A stretch of 64,000 nucleotides of DNA from Allosphingosinicella sp. (lineage in GTDB: Bacteria; Pseudomonadota; Alphaproteobacteria; Sphingomonadales; Sphingomonadaceae). Under the pieces are notes generated by a model. The model was given only the letters and a program-made list of their open reading frames with translations, did no database searches and was not told where the DNA came from. The DNA lies in contig DASXCT010000016.1 in NCBI GenBank assembly GCA_036491055.1, forward strand, positions 982-64,981, written 5' to 3'. Position 1 is the first letter of the stretch, and each line of letters opens with the position of its first letter. Position numbers and translations under genes: made by a program. Below are positions 47,174-55,666 of the stretch, piece after piece.

Positions 47174-48370
47174 ATGGCAAACAGCATTCTCACGCCCACC
47201 GCAGTGACCCGCGAGGCGCTGCGCATCCTCCACCAGAAGCTCAATTTCGTGGGCAATATCGTCCGCGAATATGATGACAGCTTCGCCAAGAAGGGCGCCC
47301 GGATCGGCGACACGCTCAAGATCCGGCTGCCCAACCAATATGTCGTGCGCACCGGCGCGGTGCTGGCGACGCAGGATACGAACGAGACCAGCGTGTCGCT
47401 GACCGTCGGCACCCAGAAGGGCGTCGACCTCAACTTCACCTCGGTCGACCTCACCTTGTCGCTGGACGATTTCTCCGACCGCATCCTGCAGCCGGCGATG
47501 ACCGTCCTCGCCGCGAACATCGAGGCCGACGCGCTTTCGATGTACAAGGACGTCGCCAACAGCGTGTGGAACGGCGGATCGGCGGCGACGCTCGCCAAGG
47601 TGCTGCAGGGGCGCAAGCTCCTCCAGGATCATTTGACGCCGCTCAACGAGCGCACGGCCTTGCTCAACACGCAGGACAATGTCGACATCGTCACCGACGT
47701 CAAAGGGCTGTTCAACGCGCAGGACACGATCTCGAAGCAATATAAGGAAGGCTATGTCGGCCGGACCGCGGGCTTCGATTTCGCGGAGAATACGTTGATC
47801 CCGGCCCATGCCCGCGGCGCCGGCAACACCGCCTATACGACCAACACCACCGGCCTTGCGACCGACGGCACCGAATATGCCGCCATCACCGTCGCGACCG
47901 GCACCGGCACGCTGAAGAAGGGCGACGTCATCACCATCGCCGGCATCGACCGCGCGCATCCGGAATCGAAGGCGGACCAGGGCGCTTTGCGCCAGTTCGT
48001 CGTCGCCGCCGATTATGCGGGCGGGGCCGGTTCGGTTTCGATCTCGCCGAGCATCTTCCTCGGCGGGCCGAAGCAGAATTGCGTCGCCGCGACGACCTCG
48101 GCGACGGCGGCGGTGGCAATCGCCGGCACCGCCTCGACCGCGGTCGGCACCTCGCTCATGTTCCAGAAGGAAGCGTTCGCCTTCGCGACCGCCGACCTGG
48201 TCATGCCGCAGGGCGTGGACTTCGCGTCGCGCCAGGTGCTCGACGGGGTGTCGATGCGGATCGTCCGCGCATACGACATCAACAACGACAAGTTCCCGTG
48301 CCGGATCGACGTCCTCTACGGGTACAAGACGCTGCGGGCCTCTCTGGCCTGCCGGCTGCACAACAACTGA
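47174..48370 (+). CDS. Major capsid protein (P22 coat protein gp5 family)
   Basis: MANSILTP, KGARIGDTLKIRLP, FAFATADL, FPCRIDVLYGYKTLR. Confidence 0.93.
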   Translation: MANSILTPTAVTREALRILHQKLNFVGNIVREYDDSFAKKGARIGDTLKIRLPNQYVVRTGAVLATQDTNETSVSLTVGTQKGVDLNFTSVDLTLSLDDFSDRILQPAMTVLAANIEADALSMYKDVANSVWNGGSAATLAKVLQGRKLLQDHLTPLNERTALLNTQDNVDIVTDVKGLFNAQDTISKQYKEGYVGRTAGFDFAENTLIPAHARGAGNTAYTTNTTGLATDGTEYAAITVATGTGTLKKGDVITIAGIDRAHPESKADQGALRQFVVAADYAGGAGSVSISPSIFLGGPKQNCVAATTSATAAVAIAGTASTAVGTSLMFQKEAFAFATADLVMPQGVDFASRQVLDGVSMRIVRAYDINNDKFPCRIDVLYGYKTLRASLACRLHNN

Positions 48371-48373
48371 CCC

Positions 48374-48412
48374 TGAAGGGGAGGGGGCGTTCGCGCTTCC
48401 TCCCCTTTCTTC
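48374..48412 (+). terminator. Putative intrinsic terminator after the coat gene
   Basis: gaaggggaggggg-cgttcgcg-cttcctcccctttc stem followed by T-rich run. Confidence 0.6.
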
Positions 48413-48432
48413 CTGCGAATTGGAGGGCGGAC

Positions 48433-49074
48433 ATGGCGACCCTGACCCAGCTTTATGCCCGCATCATCCTCGACACGAACCGCGACGACCTGAATGCGGG
48501 CGGCGAGCTCGAGCAGGCCAAGATCGATGCGGTGGCCGACGCGATCGAGACCTGGGCCGACGAGCTTTTCTGGTTCAACCGCACCACCGGTGTCGTCACC
48601 ACCGTGCCGAACATCGCCACCGCGGCGATACCGGCGGGGATGCGATCGGCGACGATAATCTCCTACCACGCCGCCGCCCTGCGCAAGGTGCCGGTCGAGA
48701 ATCTGGAGCGAAGCTTCGATCCGGCCAATATCGTCAAGGGCCAGCCGACCGAGTGGGCGGCCTATCTTGACGAGCTTTCCTTCTATCCGACGCCGGACGC
48801 GGCCTATGCGCTCGTCGTCTACGGCACCGCCGATCTTGGCGTTCCCGCGACGTCCAACGCCTGGACCGTCGAGGGCTATCGCCTGATCCTCGCCACCGCC
48901 AAGAAGATCCTGTGCCGCGGCTCGCTGCGCGATCCCGACGGCCTCGCCCTCGCCCGCGACGAGGAGCAGGAGGCGCTCGACAAATTGCGGCGCGAGACCC
49001 GCCGACGCGCCGGCGCGCCGCGGTCGATCGAGCTGCCGGTGAATCCGCCGGCGTTCAACATCGTGACCGGGTGA
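48433..49074 (+). CDS. Head-tail adaptor protein
   Basis: Follows coat gene; GQPTEWA..LSFYPTPDAAY motif. Confidence 0.7.
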   Translation: MATLTQLYARIILDTNRDDLNAGGELEQAKIDAVADAIETWADELFWFNRTTGVVTTVPNIATAAIPAGMRSATIISYHAAALRKVPVENLERSFDPANIVKGQPTEWAAYLDELSFYPTPDAAYALVVYGTADLGVPATSNAWTVEGYRLILATAKKILCRGSLRDPDGLALARDEEQEALDKLRRETRRRAGAPRSIELPVNPPAFNIVTG

Positions 49075-49084
49075 GGCGCGGGCG

Positions 49085-49954
49085 ATGAAGCTGTTTCGCC
49101 CGTCCGAGGGCCCGGTCTGGCTGCCGCGCTTCGGGGATTCGATCCTTTCCGGCTTCAAGTCGGTGATGAGCGCGCCCTTCCGTCCGTGGCGGGCGGCGAC
49201 GGCCGACCTTCCCGCCGCTTCGGATTATGAAGGCGGGATCGTCTGGAATACCGACGATAAGCAGATCGGCTATTCGGACGGCACGGCCTGGCGGGAGCTG
49301 GTGCGGGCGGGGGCGGACACTGCTTACGCCTTGCGGGCGGACAATCTGTCGGACCTGGCCTCTGCTTCGACGGCGCGGACCAATCTCGGCCTCGGTACCG
49401 CCGCGACGCAGAATACAGGCACGTCGGGGGCGACATTGCCCTTGCTCAGCACCGCCAATGCCTGGACGACCGACCAGAATTTCGCCGGCCTGGTCAAGGC
49501 CAATGGCGGCGGGATCGCCTTTCCCGCGACGCAGGTCGCCTCTTCGGATCCGAACACGCTCGACGATTATGAAGAAGGCGTCTGGACGCCGGGCGTGGCG
49601 TTTGGAGGGGTTTCGACTGGAATCACCTATAGCGTTCAAGCCGGCAAATATACGAAGATCGGCAGGCTGGTCTTCATCGATATCAGCGTCATTCTGACCT
49701 CGAAGGGAAGCGCGACTGGATCGGCTCAAATCACGGGCCTTCCTTTCCCGATCGGATCGAGCACGGCGTTCAGCAATATGCCGGCCTATGGCACCAGCCT
49801 CGCCTCCACGGTGACGAATCTGTTCTTTTTCGCCTCTCCCGGAGCCTCCGCTTTGACCGCGCTCAATTTCTCGTCGGGTGCATTGGCCGCGCTGACCGAC
49901 GCCAGCTTTACCAACACCACCGTCGTACGCGTCAACGGCGCCTATTCCGCCTGA
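49085..49954 (+). CDS. Tail fibre-like protein
   Basis: LPAASDYEG..SDGTAW; NLSDLASASTARTNLGL; LDDYEEGVWTP..GKYTKIGRLV..ITGLPF fibre motifs. Confidence 0.75.
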   Translation: MKLFRPSEGPVWLPRFGDSILSGFKSVMSAPFRPWRAATADLPAASDYEGGIVWNTDDKQIGYSDGTAWRELVRAGADTAYALRADNLSDLASASTARTNLGLGTAATQNTGTSGATLPLLSTANAWTTDQNFAGLVKANGGGIAFPATQVASSDPNTLDDYEEGVWTPGVAFGGVSTGITYSVQAGKYTKIGRLVFIDISVILTSKGSATGSAQITGLPFPIGSSTAFSNMPAYGTSLASTVTNLFFFASPGASALTALNFSSGALAALTDASFTNTTVVRVNGAYSA

Positions 49955-49981
49955 CGATGCCGTGAAGAGAGAGGAACCAGC

Positions 49982-50347
49982 ATGCAGCGTTACGATCCCA
50001 ATGCCGCCCATGGCGCGGTGTTCAGCCTGTGCCCGGGCACCGAATATGCGACGATCGCGGCCGCGCAGACCGACCAGGTGCTTGCGGGCTCGGAGAGCGG
50101 CGACGGCGTCGGCGCGGTCGGCGACTATCTTTCGCACCTCGTCATCGTGCCGGCGGCCGCGGCGTGCGGCGCGGTTTCGGTCAAGGACGGGAGCAATGCG
50201 ATCACAATCTTCGCCGGCGGCGGCACCGTCGCCTTGCCGACGCTCGCGCCGATCACGATCTTCCTCGGCCTTCGCAGCAAGTCCGGCTCCTGGAAGGTGA
50301 CGACCGGCGCCAGCGTCTCCGTGATCGCCGCCGGGGCGTTCAGCTGA
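49982..50347 (+). CDS. Hypothetical virion protein
   Basis: Co-oriented, beta-rich; TGATG coupling to next gene. Confidence 0.65.
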   Translation: MQRYDPNAAHGAVFSLCPGTEYATIAAAQTDQVLAGSESGDGVGAVGDYLSHLVIVPAAAACGAVSVKDGSNAITIFAGGGTVALPTLAPITIFLGLRSKSGSWKVTTGASVSVIAAGAFS

Positions 50348-51207
50348 TGTACCCCGCCGTCGCCGCCGCGATGAGCGGTGCCCAGGCCCCCGTCATTGCG
50401 GCGGCGGCGGCGAGCGGCTTCACCTTCGCGAACGCCGAGGCGGCGGCGGTCGTGGTCGCGATGACCAGCCCGCCGGACGATGCCCGCAAGCAGCTGATCG
50501 ACGATCTGGTCGGCGCGCTGAAGAACGGCGCGACCAGCGGCTCCGACATCTGGGCGAAGCTCGACTTGCTCTACATCCTCGCCGCCGCCGACCGGCAGGC
50601 CGCCTTGCTGAACTGGAAGGGTGGGGGCTTCGACGGCACGATCGCCGGTACCGGGACCTTCACGTCCGATCGCGGCTGGCAGGGCGACGGATCGACCGGC
50701 TATATCGATACCGGCTTCGACCCGACGATGGCGACGGCGCCGAATTACGCGCTGAACAGCGGGCATCTCGGCTTCTGGTCGCGGACGCCGGATGCGGCGG
50801 CCAGCACGGTGTCGCGGGACATCGGCTCGAACGGCAGCGGCAACGGAGCCGTCGCGCGGGACTCGAACGACAATGCATCCTGCGCGATCAATACGATTAT
50901 CAACCTCCAAAACGGCCCGACCTTCGGTCCGAACAGCGACGGCAGCGGTCATTTTTCCTTCAATCGCTCGGCGAGCGACGCGGAGCAGGTCTACCGGAAC
51001 GGTGTCGACATCGCCACGGTGAACAGGAACAAGGCGTCGCGAATACTTGTCGACGCGAACATCTTCGTCGGTGCGACGGGTAGCCCGCTCGCCCTTTCCT
51101 CGCGCGAGTTCGCAGCCGCGCACATTGGCGCAAGCCTGAATGCCCCGGAAACCGCAGATCTCTCCAATGCGCTCCAGACTTATCTTCACCAGGTAGGGGC
51201 CGCCTGA
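50347..51207 (+). CDS. Putative tail-associated protein, copy 1
   Basis: AMTSPPDDARKQLIDDLVG..IWAKLD N-terminal domain; beta-rich C-terminal domain; part of ORF 50029..51207. Confidence 0.75.
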   Translation: MYPAVAAAMSGAQAPVIAAAAASGFTFANAEAAAVVVAMTSPPDDARKQLIDDLVGALKNGATSGSDIWAKLDLLYILAAADRQAALLNWKGGGFDGTIAGTGTFTSDRGWQGDGSTGYIDTGFDPTMATAPNYALNSGHLGFWSRTPDAAASTVSRDIGSNGSGNGAVARDSNDNASCAINTIINLQNGPTFGPNSDGSGHFSFNRSASDAEQVYRNGVDIATVNRNKASRILVDANIFVGATGSPLALSSREFAAAHIGASLNAPETADLSNALQTYLHQVGAA

Positions 51208-51265
51208 CGTCGACCGCCACTCGACTACCCGGCAAATTCGGGAACCGTTTTCCCGTTGAGCGAGA

Positions 51266-51880
51266 TCAGGTGGTCCCTTTCGTTCCTGCGTTGGTGAGGA
51301 TGGTTTGCGAAATATGGCCGACCGACCATGAAAGCTGGTGATCTACGAAGATTTTGACCCCGGCCGCGCCGAGCTTGCGGAAAAGGTAATAATCCTCGCC
51401 AACGAAGTTCTCGCCATCCTCGCTCGGTTCGTTCAGGAAATAAGGCTTCTCGATTTTGCTGAAAACCGAGGTCTTCATCAGGCATAAGCCGAGTCCCATG
51501 GCGTCGACCTCCGTCAGCGCCCCTTTTTCGGCCAATTCCCTTGTTGTGGCAAACCATAAGCCGGGCCCGAGCGATGCCGTCGGCTGCTCCGGCATAAGCC
51601 GTTTGGCATAGTTCGCCCCCACAACGTCGAGATCGTGAGAGAGGAGCCTGGCAAGCGCGTCCGGTGGGAATGTGTGATCGGCGTCGAGCCACAGAATATA
51701 GTCTGCCCCACCCGTGATCGCCGCCTTGACCAATGACTGCCGAATGCCGGGAAGAGTGGCGGAGCTGCCTGCGATAAGCCCAATCTGCGCCTTGACCGTA
51801 TGCAGAAGAAGCTGACCCAGGCTGACCATGAACGCCAGCTTCGGATCGCCATGGCAGGGGATGCAGACCGCGACTTTCAT
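51266..51880 (-). CDS. GT-A fold (GT2-like) glycosyltransferase, copy 1, antisense to the late operon
   Basis: MKVAVCIPC, YILWLDADH (DxD), VVGANY, GEDYYL, VDHQLS..VGH. Confidence 0.8.
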   Translation of the reverse strand: MKVAVCIPCHGDPKLAFMVSLGQLLLHTVKAQIGLIAGSSATLPGIRQSLVKAAITGGADYILWLDADHTFPPDALARLLSHDLDVVGANYAKRLMPEQPTASLGPGLWFATTRELAEKGALTEVDAMGLGLCLMKTSVFSKIEKPYFLNEPSEDGENFVGEDYYLFRKLGAAGVKIFVDHQLSWSVGHISQTILTNAGTKGTT

Positions 51881-52212
51881 TCGGGCGGCGGCATAGCAGA
51901 AGGCATGGTTTGCCACATCGGATAAAATTGCGGGACTTCATCCTGATTCCCGCTCGCAACCGAAGCGTATCAGCGTCGCCGCCAAGCCATGTCCGCAAGG
52001 CCATCTGGAATGGACTTTTGTTTTACCGTTCTTTTCGGCCTGCTCATTCCACCTGACTGAAAACCACTCTAGCGAACGCCACGCACAATCCGGCAGGACC
52101 GCCGTCATCGTCGCTCCTTGGCGCGAAAGGGAGGAATTGTGATCGACCTCATCGCCTGCCTGCCTCCGCTTGGCTTCGGCTCGGATCGTATCGCTGTCGG
52201 GACTTTCGGCAG

Positions 52213-53028
52213 ATGAACCCTGCCGTCCTCGCCGCTTTGTGCGGCGCCCATGTCTCCGTCATGGCCGCGGCGGCCGAAGGCTTCGTCTTCGCGAACGTCG
52301 AGGCGGCGGTTGTCGTTGCCGCCATGACGAGCCCGCCCGACGATGCCCGCAAGCAGCTGATCGACGATCTCGTCGGATCGCTGAAGAACGGCGTGACCAG
52401 CGGCTCCGACATCTGGGCGAAGCTCGATTTCCTGTGGGTGCTGGCGGCGGCGGACAGCCAGGCTTCACTGATCGACTGGAAGGGAAGCTACGACCTCACC
52501 GCCAATGACGCGCCGACCTTCACCGCAGACCGGGGCTGGAACGGCGACGGGGCTACGGCGGGGATGAACCTGTCGAGCGCGTTCACGCCGTCGACGGCGG
52601 GAGGCCAGTGGGGAACGAACAGCGCGCATATCGGCGCGTTTAATCTTACCGCAGCCAGCTCAAGCGCCATTTCGGCTGGCGCGAGCACTGCCGTCGTTAG
52701 CGGCGGCACCGGTTCACCGGGCGGCTGGATTGGAACCAACTTCTTTGGCGAAACCCCCGCGCCGGCGGGCTCGGCGCCTCACCACATCTGCATCAGCCGA
52801 ACCGGCAACACGACCCAAGTCGCGTACCGAAACGGCGTCGGCGGATCGACGCAAACTTCGTCCGCAAGCGCCGTCGTCACTCCGATCTTCGTGCTTTCCG
52901 ACAGCGCGGGAGGCCCAGCAACAGACGCAAACATCTCTCTCGTTCATGGCGGCGCCGGGCTGAGCGCGGCCGAAGTGCTCGACCTCTACAACGCCGTCGC
53001 GACCTATTTGGCCGGGGTTGGCGCCTGA
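52213..53028 (+). CDS. Putative tail-associated protein, copy 2 (conserved N-terminus, divergent C-terminus)
   Basis: 34/36 identity to copy 1 over AMTSPP...WAKLD; C-terminal halves much less similar. Confidence 0.75.
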   Translation: MNPAVLAALCGAHVSVMAAAAEGFVFANVEAAVVVAAMTSPPDDARKQLIDDLVGSLKNGVTSGSDIWAKLDFLWVLAAADSQASLIDWKGSYDLTANDAPTFTADRGWNGDGATAGMNLSSAFTPSTAGGQWGTNSAHIGAFNLTAASSSAISAGASTAVVSGGTGSPGGWIGTNFFGETPAPAGSAPHHICISRTGNTTQVAYRNGVGGSTQTSSASAVVTPIFVLSDSAGGPATDANISLVHGGAGLSAAEVLDLYNAVATYLAGVGA

Positions 53029-53618
53029 TGCTTCAGCACGGTCTCCGCGATATGCCCGATCTCCCAGGAAACGGCATGATCGACGTAGACCGGTATCTTG
53101 GCGGCAAGTAGATTGCCGAAAAGGAAACTGTCCTCCCCTATCGCAATCTTGCGGTCGCGGTCATAGCCGAAGAGAAACCACGGTTCGGGAAGCCGCTCGA
53201 AAATCGAGGTGTTGGTGAGGCACAGGCCCAGACCCAGAGCGGACACCTGCTCCACGCTTCCGGACCTGACCTTCTCTTCCGTCGTGGCGACAGGCGTTTG
53301 ACCGATATAGGCGGTTGAGGGTTGTCCGGTTTGGCGCCTCACGCAATTGGCGCCGACCACGGGTACGTTGCGGGCGAGAAGTCGGCTCAGCGTGTCCGGT
53401 GGAAAGGTCATGTCCGCGTCGATCCAGAGGATCCAGTCGGCGCCCCATTCCCGGGCCTGGGCGACGAGCACGTTCCTGGCCTGTGGAAGGATCGCGGAGC
53501 TCACGACGAACAGGCGCACGTCGACATTTTCAATTCGATGGTTCGTCAGCCCCACCATGCTCAATAGGAAGCCGAGCTTCGGATCGCCGTGACAGGGTGT
53601 GCAGATCGCGACCTTCAT
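53004..53618 (-). CDS. GT-A fold (GT2-like) glycosyltransferase, copy 2, antisense
   Basis: MKVAICTPCHGDPKL, WILWIDADM (DxD), GEDSFL, VDHAVSWEIGH. Confidence 0.8.
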   Translation of the reverse strand: MKVAICTPCHGDPKLGFLLSMVGLTNHRIENVDVRLFVVSSAILPQARNVLVAQAREWGADWILWIDADMTFPPDTLSRLLARNVPVVGANCVRRQTGQPSTAYIGQTPVATTEEKVRSGSVEQVSALGLGLCLTNTSIFERLPEPWFLFGYDRDRKIAIGEDSFLFGNLLAAKIPVYVDHAVSWEIGHIAETVLKHQAPTPAK

Positions 53619-53677
53619 TTGACGGACCATAACATGCCGATGCTCTTCGCACAGCATCGCAACCACACGGAGGAATC

Positions 53678-55141
53678 GTGGCCGATCTCATCACCTTTCT
53701 TCCACCGCCGGGGCTCAGCTCGGACGACACGACCTTCGAGGATGAGGGGAAGTGGGCGGACGGCTCGAACGTGCGCTTCCGGCAGGGCAAGCCGGAATGC
53801 ATCGGCGGCTGGTCTTTGCTGATCTCCGGCCTCGCCGCGTCGATCACCGACATGCTCGGCTATATTTACGATTCCATCCCGCACGCCGTTTATGCGGGCG
53901 GGTGGAAGCTCTATGTCGCCAACGAGCTCGACACGACGCCGACGGACGTCACCCCGACCGGCCTCACCAGCGACGACACCTCCGCCAATTGGGCGCTCGC
54001 CGCCTTCGGATCGACGCTGCTTGCCTCGCAACGCCTCGGCAAGCTCTACGCCATGCCGGTGCCGGGAACGCCCGCGGCGCCGGTGGCCACCGCGCCGGCG
54101 CAGATCATGTCGATGCTGGTGACGCAGGAACGCCAGGTGCTCGCCTTCGGCTGCAACGAGGAGGTGTCGGGCATCTTCAACCCGGCCTGCATCCGCGGCA
54201 GCGACCTCGAAGACTATACGGTCTGGACGACGCTCCCGACCAACAATTGCTTCGAGCATGTCCTCGACGACGGCGGCATGATCTTCGCCGCGGCTTTGGT
54301 CGGCGCCTATGTCGGGGTGTGGACGACGAGCGGCCTGTGGATGGGCCAGTTCATCGGCGATCCGAGCCAGACCTACCGCTTCGACCGGGTCGATACCGGC
54401 GTCGGCATCGTCGCCACCGGCGCGGTCGCGATCGACAAGGGCATCGCTTACTGGGTCGGCATCGACCTCAATTTCTACCGCTGGGAGCCGGGCGCGGCGC
54501 CCGAGATGCTCGCCTGCCCGATTTCCAAGGATTTCAAGGAGAACGTCGTCTCGGGGGCCTCGATCCGGGTCGAGGTCAATCCCTCGTTCAACGAGATCTG
54601 GATCCTCTATCCCGACAATCGCGACACGCCGGGCGTCAATTGCAGCCGCTACGTCGCTTATTGCGTCGACGAATCGGCGGCGGCCGCGGCGGCGGGCGGC
54701 ATGGCGGTCTGGTATCGGGGCCAGCTCGCGCGGGATTCGATGCTGCCGCCGGGGCCGCTCTCGCAGGTGCTCGGCGCCCAGACCTTGATGGGCGACGTCG
54801 CCGGCAACATCTACACGCACGAAATCCCGACCGTCGCCCCGGATGCCTGGTTCATCCAGTCGGCGGACCAGTATCTCGGCAACAGCCGGACGCGGATGAT
54901 GGTGCGCGGGTTCGTTCCGGATTTCGATTATCAGTCGGGCGACGTCACGCTCACCCTGCTGATGCGCGACCGGCCGCGGTCGACGCCGGTGACCAAGGGC
55001 CCCTACACGATTCCCAACACCGCGGCGAAGCTGGATTTCCGCGCCTCGGGCCAGATCGCCGCGGTCCGGCTCGACGGCACCGCCACCTATATGCGGCTCG
55101 GCAAGCCCCTGTTCGACACGGCTCCGCTCGGCGAGCGGTGA
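53678..55141 (+). CDS. Tail hub/tubular protein (P22 gp10-like)
   Basis: About 490 aa beta-propeller-like; W.DGSNVRF..G..IGGW N-terminus; position in tail module. Confidence 0.7.
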   Translation: MADLITFLPPPGLSSDDTTFEDEGKWADGSNVRFRQGKPECIGGWSLLISGLAASITDMLGYIYDSIPHAVYAGGWKLYVANELDTTPTDVTPTGLTSDDTSANWALAAFGSTLLASQRLGKLYAMPVPGTPAAPVATAPAQIMSMLVTQERQVLAFGCNEEVSGIFNPACIRGSDLEDYTVWTTLPTNNCFEHVLDDGGMIFAAALVGAYVGVWTTSGLWMGQFIGDPSQTYRFDRVDTGVGIVATGAVAIDKGIAYWVGIDLNFYRWEPGAAPEMLACPISKDFKENVVSGASIRVEVNPSFNEIWILYPDNRDTPGVNCSRYVAYCVDESAAAAAAGGMAVWYRGQLARDSMLPPGPLSQVLGAQTLMGDVAGNIYTHEIPTVAPDAWFIQSADQYLGNSRTRMMVRGFVPDFDYQSGDVTLTLLMRDRPRSTPVTKGPYTIPNTAAKLDFRASGQIAAVRLDGTATYMRLGKPLFDTAPLGER

Positions 55142-55294
55142 GCCCGCGCCTGCTTGCGGCGGAAGGATCGGGCTCATGGGACCGGTGACGATCGCGGCGA
55201 TGGCCGGATGCCAGCATGCGGTCCACGCCGCCGGCCCGGCGGTCCCGGGGCCCTATGCGCCGTGGCGGCCTGATCCGCTTCGGGGAGATGCACG

Positions 55295-55666
55295 ATGATC
55301 CCCGTCATGTGGTGCGACTATCTGCCGTGGCGGGCGTCGTTCGAGCGGGCGCTCGATCCGCGTTTCTTCACGATCGACTATCTCGATCGCCGCATCAATG
55401 ACGGGAGCGTCAAGCTGTTCGTCTGCCGCGCGGCGGCTCTGGTCGTCGAGCTCAAAGCCTATCCGACCGGAAATTTCGACGGCCATGTGCTGATCGCGGC
55501 GGGCGATCCGGCGGCGATCGTCGGCACCTTGCGGCCCGAGGCGGAGGCCTGGCTGAAGGGCATCGGCGCGCTCGGCGCCCTGGTCGAGAGCCGGCCGGGC
55601 TGGGCGCGGCTGCTTCGCGAACATGGCTATCGCACCCACCAGCAGGTGGTGAGGAAGGATCTGTAG
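55295..55666 (+). CDS. Small virion assembly protein (P22 gp14 / T7 gp13 position, GNAT-like)
   Basis: Position before ejection genes; SRPGWARLL..GY motif. Confidence 0.6.
   Translation: MIPVMWCDYLPWRASFERALDPRFFTIDYLDRRINDGSVKLFVCRAAALVVELKAYPTGNFDGHVLIAAGDPAAIVGTLRPEAEAWLKGIGALGALVESRPGWARLLREHGYRTHQQVVRKDL

Noticed and set aside
50347-53028. Diversity-generating retroelement or shufflon explaining the duplicated tail gene
   Set aside because: No reverse transcriptase or invertase in the window; similarity is N-terminal, copies are in direct orientation, and differences are not adenine-specific.
55138-55294. Tail needle (gp26-like) gene expected after the hub gene
   Set aside because: The coupled GTG at 55138 gives only 16 codons and no convincing ORF fills the gap; loss cannot be told from natural absence.
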